NCBI GenBank assembly: GCA_963693365.1
Contig: CAVNZM010000011.1
Location: 8,111,937 to 8,175,936, forward strand
Source: Amoebidium appalachense
Taxonomy: Eukaryota > Protista > Ichthyosporea
Direction: 5' to 3'
DNA length: 64,000 nucleotides
Shown here: positions 29,465 through 42,588 of the stretch, in pieces
Layout: each line of letters starts with the position of its first letter
Numbering within the stretch: position 1 is the stretch's first letter
Notes under the pieces: model-generated
What the model saw: the letters and a program-made list of their open reading frames with translations, nothing else
Database searches by the model: none
Told to the model about the DNA's origin: nothing
Made by a program: the position numbers and the translations under genes

Positions 29465-30818
29465 TGTGAAAGCATTAATTAGTTCATCATATGAGACGGT
29501 ATCGGATTAGGCACGAATAGTCTGACGCTTTCATACAACAAGCACAATAAGTCTGACGGGTTGATCTGCATATCATTATGTGACGTTTTTGGTTAATTTC
29601 ATTAGAGGATTGAGTTTTATATTCTATGTGTCGACAGACATTTTAATCGATATATTTTACACTCATAGTTTTCGTTCTTTTGATTGGTTTATCGTTTCAC
29701 ATTCCCAAGTATAAAAGGGACCTCATCTTGAAATAAATCACAAGCAGTCGTATTCATTTCCTATGGTTCCAGAAATCGTTCCTCCTCTCCGGTTGTGTTT
29801 TTTCCCGTGTGTCTCTGTGTTGTGTATATCATAACACCCATCTGTGCTCTCTGCTTCTCCGTTTACCCACGCAAAATAACAGGTTTACGGCCCCTTTGCA
29901 CGCTAACACACAATCTCGTTACAACCGCGAAATCTCTCAGTCTTACTGCTTCAATCATGACTGACAAACCGTCGTATATCAACCTTCCAATATGGAATCC
30001 GTCCGAGAAACGAGACGAGAAACGTCTTAATTATTTCGAGTGGGAGCCACTCATTCACCGGTTCATTAGAACAACCATTGCCGAGAAATTCGTTGACGCT
30101 ATCAAGAGGCCACACTGGGTTGACGGCGCTGAAGCCAACCAGTGGCTAGGCTACACCACCAAGGACTCCTACAAGAAAGCTTCCGACGTCCTCGACCAGA
30201 TCCTCAACCAGTCCGTCCACCCGACCGAGCTCTACGACTCCGGCCGGATGCAAGACGGTGTCCACGGTGGTGAAGTCTTCCACAACCTACGTATGGCGTA
30301 TGTCGCAGAGAAGGAGGCCCGAGTCACCCAGATTCAAGTCACCTTCGAGGAGCTTGAACTACGAGACTACCCCAACGTCACAGCATACCTCACCCGTCTC
30401 CAACGTCTGGCTACGACACTTGCCTGCCTCGACGACTGAGCCCGTCCAGCACAAGGATGTCGTACGTAAGTTCTTCCTTCACCTCAGGAAGAACACGGCC
30501 CTGGTCTGCTCCGACATTGAACGTCTCTGCTCCGACTACTGGATGAACAACAAGGCCTACCCGTCCTTCAACCAGCTCATCAGTGACATCCGAGGAGCTG
30601 AAATCCGTGCCGGCCTCATCGACGCAGGCACTGGTGCAACCGTCAACAACCGTCCCCTCCGTGCACTCCAGAGCAGAGTGCTTCCCCCCGGTGACCTCCG
30701 TAACCGTATTCCTCGACGTGAGCATACACCTCACCGATCCCCGTCCCGTTCCCGTGATCCTCGTCCTTCCTCCAAGTCACCCGGCCCCCGTTCAACTTCC
30801 CCTTACCACCGTCACTGT
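29465..30818 (+). mobile_element. Ty1/copia LTR retrotransposon 5' fragment (putative LTR, PBS, gag)
   Basis: AT-rich LTR-like segment with TATAAAA and AATAAA, ending ...TAACA at 29881 (5' boundary uncertain, 29465 or 29629). Followed by PBS-like GGTTTACGGCCCCT and a gag ORF. No pol or second LTR. Confidence 0.65.
29957..30818 (+). pseudogene. Copia-type gag (UBN2/Retrotran_gag_2-like), frameshifted and truncated
   Basis: NYFEWE...GGEVFHNLRMAY...FEELELRDYPNVTAYLTRLQRLATTL, a frameshift near 30437, then EPVQHKDVVRKFFLHL...FNQLISDIRGAE and an RS-rich linker. Stops at RHC, where a zinc knuckle would be expected. Confidence 0.7.
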
Positions 30819-33140
30819 GTGAAAATCATATAAATACTCAATGTGACGACCAACAGAATTCAACAAAAAGTCTAAAGTGTTCACATTGCCAGCTAGTGTA
30901 GCAGATACCCGGAGGGAAAGAGGTAAAACGCGACATAAAAATTCACACCTATCAACATGCTTGCGATTAAAAAGGTCAGCACAAAAGTGGCACCAGCGGC
31001 GATGAAAACAAGAATTACAGCGCCACTGCACAACTTCCCAGGCAATATCAACATCAGAGCACCATACAGACTTATCTACTAGGGTGGTATCCATACGTAC
31101 AGCAGGAGAAATGTATCCTGCCAAAGCTCCCAAAAAGCGATAATGATCGGTACGGTGTTGCCTAAGGAACATAACACATGCCGACTGAGTTTTACCTTTG
31201 ATTTCTCTATCAGAACGAGAAAGAAACTTATACTCGTATGGTAATAACGCGAAAAGGCAGAAAAAACAGGAAGAGAAAAGAAAGAGGGAGTGAGATAGCG
31301 AGAGGAAGAATCAGGTGGAAAGAGGGTAGGCTGAGGACATTCAGAAGTAGCGTTGGTGAATCGGGGGGGAAGAGGGATGGAGGGAGGGGGGAAAGAAAGC
31401 ATAAAGAGGGTGACCATCAGGTAGCCTAACTAAATGAAAACAAAAACGAAGAGACAATTCCTCCATACGACAAACAGCAGACGACAATCCAAACATACTG
31501 ATTAAGGGAGGCACAAACCGAGTACGAAACAAAGTGCGTAGCGCAGTACCCTGAAAATCGTCGAACTCGTTCAGCGCCATTGCCGCCTCGCGAGGTGGGG
31601 CGCAGGCCAATAGCGGAAGTCCATATTCGAAAGTCGGCCGTAAAAAAGTTTTATAGTAGAGAAGAAGGTTCGCAGGATGGATCACAGACTCCTGTTGAAA
31701 CATATTTGACACGATGTGAAGCTTACCCTTCGCACGAGCGATCCGTGCTGTGAGGAGCTTGCGGAAATCAATACCCCGTGCAGTAAATGGAATACCCAAA
31801 TAGTCATAGGTGCTCTGAACAGGAATAGGAAGGCCGGCCAATCGAAAGGAAGTGTTCTTCGAAAAAGTAGCACACTTTGCAATTCCGACTGTCATGAAAT
31901 TCTCGGTGCACCATTGATCCACCTGACGAAGCATCTGGTGCATGACATCTTCGGTTAAGGAACAAAGAACAATATCATCCGCAAAAAGGAGACCCGGTAC
32001 ACGACGGGTATGCAGTTGGCCAAAGGGTTCGAGGGCGCACGCTAAATCGTCAATGAAAACGTCAAACAACAACGGACTCAGGAGGGACCCCTGCAGAAGA
32101 CCCCGGGAACGGGAAAAACCAGGTGTTAATGTTCCATTGACCGCCGCGCGTCCGCGAGTGGTATCGAACAACGCTTGCAGAAGACGGCCAAAGGGGGCTG
32201 GTAAGCCCCGCATAGCTAGCTTATGCTATAACAAACCAGTGGGTACGGTGTCGTAGGCGTTCTTAAGGTCGATGAAGACAACGTGTGGAGAGCCAGAAGT
32301 AATGGATTCATGGAGTAACAGACTGTGAGTATAACACGAATAGGCATGACGAAAGCCCCCTTGAAGGGAAGAAAGACGGAACACGGCGTTTAAAGAATCG
32401 TCGGTGTTAAACGCGCGAAGCATGCAACCCTCGAAGAGCCGACGAAAAACGTTGGTAAGTGTGACGGGACGAAAGTCGTTAATGACCCCCTGCGATACCT
32501 TCTTACGAACGGGCGTAACGATTGTGTCAAGCCACGAATTTGGAATAAACCCGAGTTCGAAAAAAGCCGAAAAAAACTCACTAAGAAGGACAGCAAAAGG
32601 CGGGGGCGGGGGGGACTCTGTACGATTACGGGGCGGAAGCACGGGAGAAAGAACCTTGAAAAGCACGGGAGGAAGAGCATCCGGCCCGCACGCCTTGCGG
32701 GGTTTTAACCCCCGTATAGCACCAAAAACAGCCGAAGAGTTGAAATAACTATGAAAAGTGCCCGGGAACGATCGGTCCGGCTCCCAACTTGGCGGCTGGG
32801 AGAGGCCAGCGGGCGGTGATGGAACCGTGGACACGTTAGGAAGCGAAAATAGGGAAGCATAATAGTCATCGACGGATTCAGCAACGGAGATGGAAGGAGA
32901 CGGGGCATAGACTTGCACGGAAGGCCCAAACCGACCGGCGGATTTCCAGACCGATAATGCTTCCTGTAGAGGCAACAACTGTCGTAGGGACTGCAAAACG
33001 TGAGACTGTCTCAGCCGAACGGAAGGGTACTCAACCGTGCCCACCACCTGCTCGCCAAGGGCAAATAGGAACTCAATGCAAGATCGGCCATGACGAAATC
33101 TAGGATTCCTAGATGACGTCACGACACTATGCAATACCAC
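30819..33140 (-). mobile_element. Non-LTR (LINE-like) retrotransposon ORF2 relic: reverse transcriptase plus C-terminal CCHC
   Basis: RT motifs KACGPDALP, FRPVTL, QGGFR, FIDLKNAYD, GLLQGSLLSPLLF, LLFADD, YLGI. In-frame TAG at 32226-32228, frameshifts near 31390 and 31170, CHFC..FNRKHVDRC knuckle. No endonuclease and no poly-A tail. Confidence 0.9.
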
Positions 33141-33469
33141 CCACTACCGTAAAAGGCTAAAATCAATGCGCATTACAACAACCTGACACGTGCTGGCCAC
33201 CTGCCACTTGGGGGTTTCGAAAACAACCAATTAACAATGAAAACTGTTAACCAAATGAGATTGTTTTTTGTTGCCATATTGGGAGTTTCAAGCGCATTCT
33301 TCCTATTGGTCCGGAGATTGTCCCTCCTATTGGCTGCGCAGTGTTGATGGGAAGCGTCAACATGCTTCACTTTTCGTTTCTTTTTCATTAAAGTTTTGTT
33401 TTCTGTGTTTGTTCGGTGACAGTCAGTTCCCTACGACCGTTTAACCCACCACACCTCAAGCTTGGAAGC

Positions 33470-33925
33470 TCAGGTGCCTTCCCCCACCCTCCCCCAACTA
33501 CCGTGCCCGAATTCACAGTCATACCGTATCGTGTAATCAAAGTGAGTGTGGACCTCGGAGCTCAGATTTCTTGTTTTGCGGCATGCTTTCTTTTCTTCAC
33601 TTTGAATCCTTGGTGGGAGGCGCCTGCGACTACGTGCCAGGTAGATGCACACCGCTTGTAGTTTGCCTTGTATTTTTGCCTTGCTCATGCTCGTTTGGTC
33701 TCCATAGATCTCTCGCTTGTAAGCCAGCTTGACGAATCCCACAACAGGAGCATCACCGACGGGACTCGTTCTGTCTAGTGTTGCTAGGTAGATAGTTGGG
33801 GGCTTGCCTTTGTTCCATCTTATTAATTGAATTTTTGTCCCAACATGTGTTTCCGCAGACGTAAAGCTCCATCTACCCGGCACCATGTCTTTGGAACAGC
33901 TTGCACTTGATAAGGTAAGGACCTC
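33470..33925 (-). other. Unassigned non-repetitive open frame (possible exon or gene relic)
   Basis: ~150 codons of protein-like sequence ([10 protein letters not shown]...VVGFVKLAYKREIYG). No family recognised. Confidence 0.25.
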
Positions 33926-34046
33926 CCCCACTTCACTCCCCAGGCGCCTCGCCTCGCGCCCGTATGTGTGTGCGTGTGCGTGTGTTTGTCTGCGTGTGTG
34001 TGCGCGTGCGTGTGCGCGCGTGCGTGCGTGCGTGCGTGCGTGCGTG

Positions 34047-34089
<43 letters not shown>

Positions 34090-35088
34090 ACGCACGCGCC
34101 TGTGTGTGTGTGCTCGCGCGTGTGTGTGTGCGCGTGTGTGTGTATGCTTGAGTGTGTTTGAGTTTGTGTGTGTGTGGTTTGTGTGTGTGTGGCACGCGTT
34201 TGTGTGTGGTTTGTGTGCTTGTTTGTGTATAGGTGTGTCACAAGGAGAGTAGTTGCTCCATCTTGGGCAGCAGACAAGTCAAAGTAGATAAACCTTCTAC
34301 TCCTTCTCCCCCCCTCCCCCCTCCTCCCCCGCTCCCCCTTCCCTTTTCGATGTTTTAAAGTAATGGATTAGCATTCAACACCAGTCCCAAAGTTCTGGAT
34401 TGCTTCTTTCCTTGAACAGTGCATGTGTGCAGGCAGCTTGCACTTCCCCCACCACCACCACAACCACCACTGACCACATCCACCACTAACCACCCACCCG
34501 CACCCCCGTCCACCTACCCCCTCACCCCCTCACTCCCCTCACCCCCCCCCCACCCCCTTTCCTCCCCTCCATCACGAAAAGCAATTGAGAGCGCAAAGAA
34601 TGATTGAATGAAAGAAAACTGTTGTCTGATAGCGGCAGAAAGAGGCGGGGAGGGTTTGGGGGGGGGGGGGGGGGGGGGGGGGGGGTTTCCATGCATGCTC
34701 TCACGATGGCCACTGTTATTCTCTGTGGAAGCAACACCCACTGGCTGTATTGCACACCAAGTACTTACTCGGAAGAAATGATATTACATAGATGGTTTCA
34801 TGAACATTAAACAATGACACTTGCCAGGACAGGTGTGTGTCTTTGCTTTTCATCCGCCGGGGAGGGGGGCGAGGGGGGGGCTTGGTGTTTTTCTACCCCT
34901 TTGAACATGTCGGGGGCTTGTAAGGCGGAAACATTTAATTCGGTTTTCAGAGGAGGGCAAAGGCTCAGTTACATTTGAGTTGAGAGGGGGGGGGGGGGGG
35001 GGGGGGACTGCTTGCTGTTAACCCCAAAAAATGTATATGAACGTCCCCCCAAAAAAACTAACTAAAAACTATCTCCATACTTCCGATA

Positions 35089-36225
35089 ATGCTTCAGGAT
35101 GAGTATATCTCGCTTCTATCCAAACTTATTGGCGAAGCCCGTTATCTCCAAAACAGCCCTCCCAAGTATATGCCGGAGGAGTCTCGTGCAGCACGCCACG
35201 TTCTAAAGGTAACCCCCCCCCCCCCCCCCCCCCCTCCCCCCTCCCCCTCTGCCTATCCCTCTCCCCACGTTCCCATTTTTATTAGGTTTAATTTCTGCTT
35301 TTTGTATTTTGTAACGTTTTGTTTGTTGTCTTTTGATGTCCTCTCCTCCATAATCCAGCCCTCTAATGCATATATCCCCCCCCCCCCTCCCCCCCCCCCC
35401 CCCCTCCTCCTCCCCCTTCCTCCCCGCCCCAGTCCGCCCCTCTCCTTTAATTCCCCCCTCTCCCTCTCCTCTCTCTCTCTCTCCCTCCCTCCCCCCGCTC
35501 CTTCTCTCCCTCCCTCTCTTTCTCTCTCTTCCCCCCCTCTCACGCGCGTGTTCTTTTTCTCTCTCTCGTCCCCCCCCCCCCCCCCCCCCCCCGTCTTTTC
35601 TTTACCTCCCTCTCTCTCACTCCCTTCCTCCTTCCCCCCCCCCCTCTTCCCCCCACTGCCCTAGCTTTCCCGCCGTCTTAGAAATTATGTACGAGGACGT
35701 TAAGGAGTCTAACCCTGTTCTTTTTTGGAGGCTAATGACCCTCCAGGTGTGTTATATGTTCGAATATTTTCTGCCCGTACTATACTTTTGGTTGGTTTCG
35801 CCTTTTGTATCTGCAGCCCAGGTTCATCACTTTGCTACCATGGTTGCCATACAAATCCCCCCACCTCCCCCCCTCCCCCCCCCCCCCCCCCCCCCCCCCC
35901 ACCCAGTGTCTCATGTCCAACCCATCAATTCATACATCCCCCCCCCCCCCCCCCCCCCCCGGGAGGGGGAGGGGGAGGGGGGCGGGCCTGGTGATAAACG
36001 GAATACCACCTTGACACCACGTGCACCGTTGTTTTATTGGTTTTCAGGCAGAATAACCCTGCAGGATTGGTTGTAGATCATCAGTGGTTGTTTCTGATTG
36101 GCCAACACCCCACCCACTAGGAACTTGAGCCGTACACCCAACCCAACGGACCTCTTGTGGTTGACCTGATTGAGTACCACGAAGTGAGTGTGCCTCCCCC
36201 CCCCCCCCCCCCCCCCCCCCCCTCC

Positions 36226-36256
<31 letters not shown>

Positions 36257-36283
36257 ACACACGCACGCACGCACACAGACACA

Positions 36284-36358
<75 letters not shown>

Positions 36359-36398
36359 TCACACTCATACACACACATAGACACACACTCACACGCAC

Positions 36399-36432
<34 letters not shown>

Positions 36433-36589
36433 ACACACACACTCACTCACTCACACGTGTGTATTTCAGCTACATGCTGCATTGGTTTGCCCACACCGAT
36501 TAAAACGTCTTTCAAGTTCTACCTGCACAGTTGTTTGATTGCTGGGTTGTGCTTTTCATCTCCGTTGCTTTTGTATTGTGTGCTTGTGT

Positions 36590-36620
<31 letters not shown>

Positions 36621-36958
36621 GGGGGGGGAGAAGCTGCTCGTGAAGTCTTTACTTCCATCGTATGCAGCCCTTGTTTCCATCCAATACCCCCTCCCTCCCC
36701 CCCCCCCCCCTCCCCCTCTCCCCCCTTCCCCCGTACACGGAGATTTTGGAATTCGGGGTTGACCCCACGTTTCTCGACTGCAGAATCGTGGCAATGTGAT
36801 CATCCAATACCCAGCCACGATCGGCGATCCGGCCACGGCACCGACAATCGGATTTGTGGGCAGCCATTTGGATGTGGTGACGGCCCACGAGGAGAACTGG
36901 AGCTTCCCTGCATTCGAACTGACTATCGAGGTATTGTTCTGCTCTTTAATCTTTTTTT

Positions 36959-37012
<54 letters not shown>

Positions 37013-37120
37013 TTCAAAGACAAACTTTCTACTCACACTTCCTGAATTATCCATCCCCTCCCTTCCTACCCCCACCCTCCCGTCCCCATCTCTGCTCACA
37101 CATACACACGTGCGCACACA

Positions 37121-37183
<63 letters not shown>

Positions 37184-37304
37184 GCACACACGCACACACG
37201 CACACACACACACACACACACACCAAACACCAAACACCAAACACCAAACACTCACCCAGCCACACAAATCTCAAACCTTCACACACACACACCTACACAC
37301 ACAT

Positions 37305-37380
<76 letters not shown>

Positions 37381-38107
37381 ACACCCACATTTCACACACG
37401 TACACACACCTACACATTCGCTCACACACCCACATCCGACACACATACCCAAACACACACACACGTACACACCTACATCCCACACACACATACACACGCA
37501 GGGAGATGAACTTCGTGGGCGTGGCACCACAGACTGTCTGGGCCACGTTGCTCTACTTACGTGCCTGTTCAAGCACCTAGCCATCAACAAGATACCACTC
37601 AAGGTTACCGTTGCTGCTGTGTTCATTGCATCGGAGGAAAACTCATCCATCCCTGGGGTTGGCGTCGATGGTCTTCTGGAAAATGGGAAGCTCGATTTTC
37701 TCAAGAGGGTACGTGTGTGGTCGGTTTGTGTTTGTGTGTCTGTAATTCCCTGGCTTTATAATGGTGTGTGTGTGTGCAGGCGCTCTCGAGTAATTGTGTG
37801 TGCGTGGGTGTGTGGGTGTGGGTGTGGGTGTGTGTAAGAGTGGATGTGTGTGTGGTTGGGTGGGTGGGTGGGTGTGTGCATGTGTGTATGTGTGCACGTA
37901 GCGTGTGTGCCTTGGAGAACTGTGGGAGAGCCTTTACCTCCTCCCTCCTCCCCGTTCTTCCACTCATTGCCCCACCACCACCCCACCACCACCACCACCA
38001 CCACACCCCGAGAGTAGGGGGGACGACACACACTCTCTCTCTTTTTCTCCTCCCCTCTGTCATACTCACACTCTCACTCTCACTACACCACATCCACACC
38101 CACACAT

Positions 38108-38143
<36 letters not shown>

Positions 38144-38763
38144 CCCTCCTCAACCCCCATCACCCCAGATCCTCCCCCCCCCCCCCCCCCCCTCCCTCCT
38201 TCCACCCCCCTCCACCTCCCTCCCTTCCCCCCCCCCCCCCCCCCCCCCCCCAAAAGTAAAAAAAAAAAGGAAAAAAAAAAAGAAAGAAAGAAGAAACCCC
38301 CACTCACCGACACTTCCTCCCTATCCCAGGGCCCGGTGTTCTGGGTGGACAGTGCGGACACACACCCCTGTGTGGGCACGTGCAGTGCGCTGACGTTTGA
38401 GCTGACGGCATATGGAAAGACCTTCCACGCCGGCCTACCCCATCAGGGTATCAACGCATTGGAGCTCGTGATGGAGGTGGGTTTCCTTATGTTGTATCTG
38501 TTGTGGAATTATGTTTCTCTGTGTTCTGTTTCTCTAACAGGTGCGTCTGGGTTCCTCTCTGTTGTATCAGTTTGATCAAAAGTATGAAGAAAGGAAAAGA
38601 GTACACTCTCTCCCTTCTTTCTCTCCGTCCCTCATATCCCTCTCTAAATCTATCTCTCTTTCTCTCTCTCTCTCCCCCCCCCCCCTCCCCCCCTCTCCCC
38701 CCCCCCCCACGACGACTTCAAAAACAATCCCCCCTCCTCCCCCTCCCCCTCCTCCCCCCCCCC

Positions 38764-38808
<45 letters not shown>

Positions 38809-39309
38809 ACCACCCTTCCCCTGCTTGACCCCTGTCCCTCTCTCTTACCGTTTGTGCCCTTCCCATCATATCCTTCCATCAAACCCTCCCCGTCCCCTTT
38901 CTCCTCCCCCCCCCCCCACCCCACCCCACCTACCCACCCACCCCCTTTTTTTTCCTCCTTATGGCCTTTTCTCACCCCCCCCCCCCCCCCCCCCCTTCCC
39001 CCCCCTCTCCCCCCCACAAAAAAAAAAAAAAAAAAAAAAACCCTGCTCAGGCTTCAGCTGAGATCCAGCGGCGGTTCTACAGTGCATTTGGGCCCCACGC
39101 CATGGAGGCCAACTACCCGTTTGCCACCAGCAGCACCATGAAGCCCACGCTGGTCAAGATTGCTGACGGCAGCCTCAATGCCCTGCCCGGCAAGTGCACC
39201 CTGGCTGGGGACATCCGCATCATTCCCTTCTACGATGTGGATGAGGCAAAAGCAACCATGCTCAAGGTGTGGAAAATACACACATGTGCATGCGCGCGCG
39301 GGCAGGCAG

Positions 39310-39348
<39 letters not shown>

Positions 39349-40819
39349 GTGGCACGGACACACACACACGCACACACACACACTGGCACATACACACGCA
39401 CGGACGCACGCACACTCATAAGCACGCATACACACACACACATTTTTTTTGGGGGGGGGGGGGAGGTTGGGGCAGAGAGAGGAAAGGAGATAGAGAGACA
39501 CGGGTGCACTCACACACACATACGAGAGAGACGAGACACCCACACCCACACACACAGACACACACAGAAAGAGGGAGAGAGTGAGAGACAAAGGGAGAAA
39601 CATACACTTCTTGGCGTTACATATTTGTCCAACTCTGAAATGCCGAAATATACACGAGTTCGCAATCACTAAGCAGTGGTTCAAATCTGATTGCCTCGCT
39701 TCAAAATGAGCCGCGGCAAATTTTACGGTCGCTTGTCTCAATGGCTATCAAAAACCATATAATGACTTTAAAGTCCAAAATATGAATAGAAAACAGGCTT
39801 TGGCCTCCTAAATAATAATTTGACAAACGATGCGACACATATTTTTTATATAGCAACATGGGGTGTCCGACGCTTATTTCATGGTCAAAACAATGAAAAA
39901 CGCTATTTTTTGTCTTAGACGATCGGCCCAAGGGTTGGCTGCCGCCGCAGTCGCCGGCCCCACACCCAGACGGTTTTGGTCGATTTTGACGATGAAGGAC
40001 GCGTCGGACAATTGCGACTCCTTATATCAATATTGCGCGTTTTCTTAATTCCAACAACTTTTGCTAGTTGACAAAAACCTGTTCTCTAGGTGAAATCGGG
40101 CTTAAATTGCCCTTCCTCGGCTGTACATTAGTGCTCTGGCCCAATCTCGACCGTAAACCGTACACCGCAAAACACAACCAATCGGATCATACCAACGAAC
40201 CTTATATAGTTATCCAAAGACTTTTGGAATTCGATTGCGAACTGGTGTATCATACCGTGAGTGCTGCCATCTGCCATATGCACTCACCACCCCCCTGGCC
40301 ATCCACGTTTCTGTTAACAGAGTAGCATATAATTTACTCACACAGTACGCTAAGGTGTACGAGCACCAACAATCTTTCTTGTTCAGTTACATTATGACGC
40401 TGCAGTTGAGTGGCCAAATGGGCTACACCCAAGCATTACCTAACATGGCTATTTTTCCTCCACAGTGGGTGGACGAAATCAACGCCAACATCGACAGCCT
40501 ACCCAAGCGTGGCCCCTTCAGCCCCTACCACCTCCCCAACGAGAACCGCAGCGGTAGGATCGAGCTCACATTCAATTCCCATGGGAACAGGGGGATTGCA
40601 TGTGACTTAAATTCGCCTGGTTTCCAAGCCCTGAAAGCGGCAACAGAAGAGTTCGTGGGGGTGTGCACGCCTGTAGCGGTAGGGGGAGCCCTGCCGTTGG
40701 TGAGGGACTTGCAAGAGGCTGGGCTGGATGTGCAGATTGCTGGTTATGGCGTCATGGCAAGGTGTGTGTGCTGGTGTGTGTTAAGAGGCTGAAAGAGAGT
40801 TGGAGAATGGAGACGAAGT

Positions 40820-40863
<44 letters not shown>

Positions 40864-41300
40864 GGGGGGGGGGAGAGAGAGAGGTGGGGTTGGGTGGGTG
40901 GGTGGGTGGGGGGGGGGGGAGGGGATCGGCCGAGGGGGATGGAGGGCTGGAGGAAAGGGGGGGGGGGGGGGGGGGGGGGGGGGGGAGGATATGACATCTT
41001 GTTTTTTACCAGTGAGCAGTGGGTATCCTAAACGTCCGCTTGAGACACTATTTTGTGTGTGTCCTCTACATACATGTTCTATCGTTCTCTCTTGTCACTC
41101 ACATGAATCTCTGTCGATTTATGTATGTCCATCCCTTTCTCTCTCTCCCTCCCTCTCTCTCTCTCCCCCCCCTCTCCCCCCCCCCCCCCCCCCCCCCCTC
41201 GTCCCCCCTCCCGCCCTCCCTCTCTCCCTCCCTCCCTCCCTCCCTCCCCCCCCCCCCCCCCCCTCCCTCCTTCCCTCCCTCCCTCCCTCCCTCCCTCCCT

Positions 41301-41331
<31 letters not shown>

Positions 41332-41576
41332 TCCCCCCCCTCCCTCCCCCTCTCTCCCCCACCCACCACCATCACCATCACCAAATACCCCTTATCCTAA
41401 TCAAGTGCTGAGAAAGAGAAACGTTTGTGTGAAGATCGTAAACCCATGCGGTTGTTTTTCTTTTCTACAGGTACCATGCCGACAATGAGATGTGTCTCCT
41501 TTCCCACATGGTTCGGGCATTTAAAATCCTGGCGGGGGTCGTCAGCCGCATCGACAAGAACACCCCCAGTGCTTGA
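35089..41576 (+). CDS. argE: Acetylornithine deacetylase (M20 peptidase family, plant NAOD/Dictyostelium-type), 8 exons, 433 aa
   Basis: Phase-consistent exons 35089-35208, 36121-36183, 36784-36930, 37502-37708, 38330-38476, 39051-39266, 40466-40761, 41471-41576. Metal-binding motifs [35 protein letters not shown]. Confidence 0.93.
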
Positions 41577-41859
41577 AATTTCGTGCAAATTAAAGAAGGC
41601 AAATGTGGTTTTGAAATTTCTGTTGTGTGGAATTGGCTGGATGAAAACTCATTAGGTGGTTGTTTGTTGAAAAGAGATATGTGCATTCTTTGATTCCTGG
41701 AAGAGATATGAACACGAAGGAAAGAAAGCAATGTGTGTAATTCCAATCACACTTGTAAAGAGTCTCATTTTCAACTGAGGTTGAGTGAGTAGGCAAGATG
41801 TTGATAAAATCTGTGTGCGGAGTTGAGTATGGAACAGGAAACAAGGGCCGGATGGGCTT

Positions 41860-42245
41860 TATATATCTCTGGATACGTATATCCCGATTTTGCAAGGCGA
41901 TATTCAGCTTCGGTAGATTGTGGTATATTCTAACGTTTGGTGAGAATTCTGTTGGCCTGGTGCCGACACCTGATATCAACCTAACATGCACATGTATGTT
42001 GATAATAAACAGCACATTCCATGCATATCCTGTATATGCATATCCAAATCTTCGATATTCAATAGTATCCATATCCTGGGATTGTACGTATATCCAAGAA
42101 TTTCGCTATTTCTTATATGGTTATCCAAGTATCTCCATTTTCGCGCACACAGATGATATCCAAAACCTTATACCATGGCATGAATATCCAAATATCCCGA
42201 TTTCCCGTATATTTATATCTAAATCTCCCGATATTCCGCATGACT
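41860..42245. repeat. Degenerate ATATCC-rich repeat region, possibly a transposon subterminal remnant
   Basis: Many dispersed (A)TATCC/GATATT motifs. No TIR pair identified. Confidence 0.4.
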
Positions 42246-42546
42246 CAGTATCACAACATTGCATTACGCCTATCCTGTATCGCTCGAACATGTGCGCATG
42301 TTTGTGGCTGTGTCCCTGTCAAGGAGACACTATCCCCGGTATGTGCACCAACCGAGCTCTCCTCATGGATGATTGTGTTCTACTGAGATATTGATATGTA
42401 CCATCCAGCACCCTATAGCTGTAATTATAAATAAATCGAACCTGTCTCTCTATAGAACGACGTCTCGTGCATGCCAGCACACGTACGGGTGCATACATGA
42501 ATGTGAGTGTGGGTGGGCTCTGCCGGTTGTGTGCTTTTTTTTTTTT

Positions 42547-42588
<42 letters not shown>

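Noticed and set aside
30430-30445. Programmed +1 frameshift in gag at GAC TGA G
   Set aside because: It falls mid-gag rather than at a gag-pol junction, in an already truncated element. A disabling indel is simpler.
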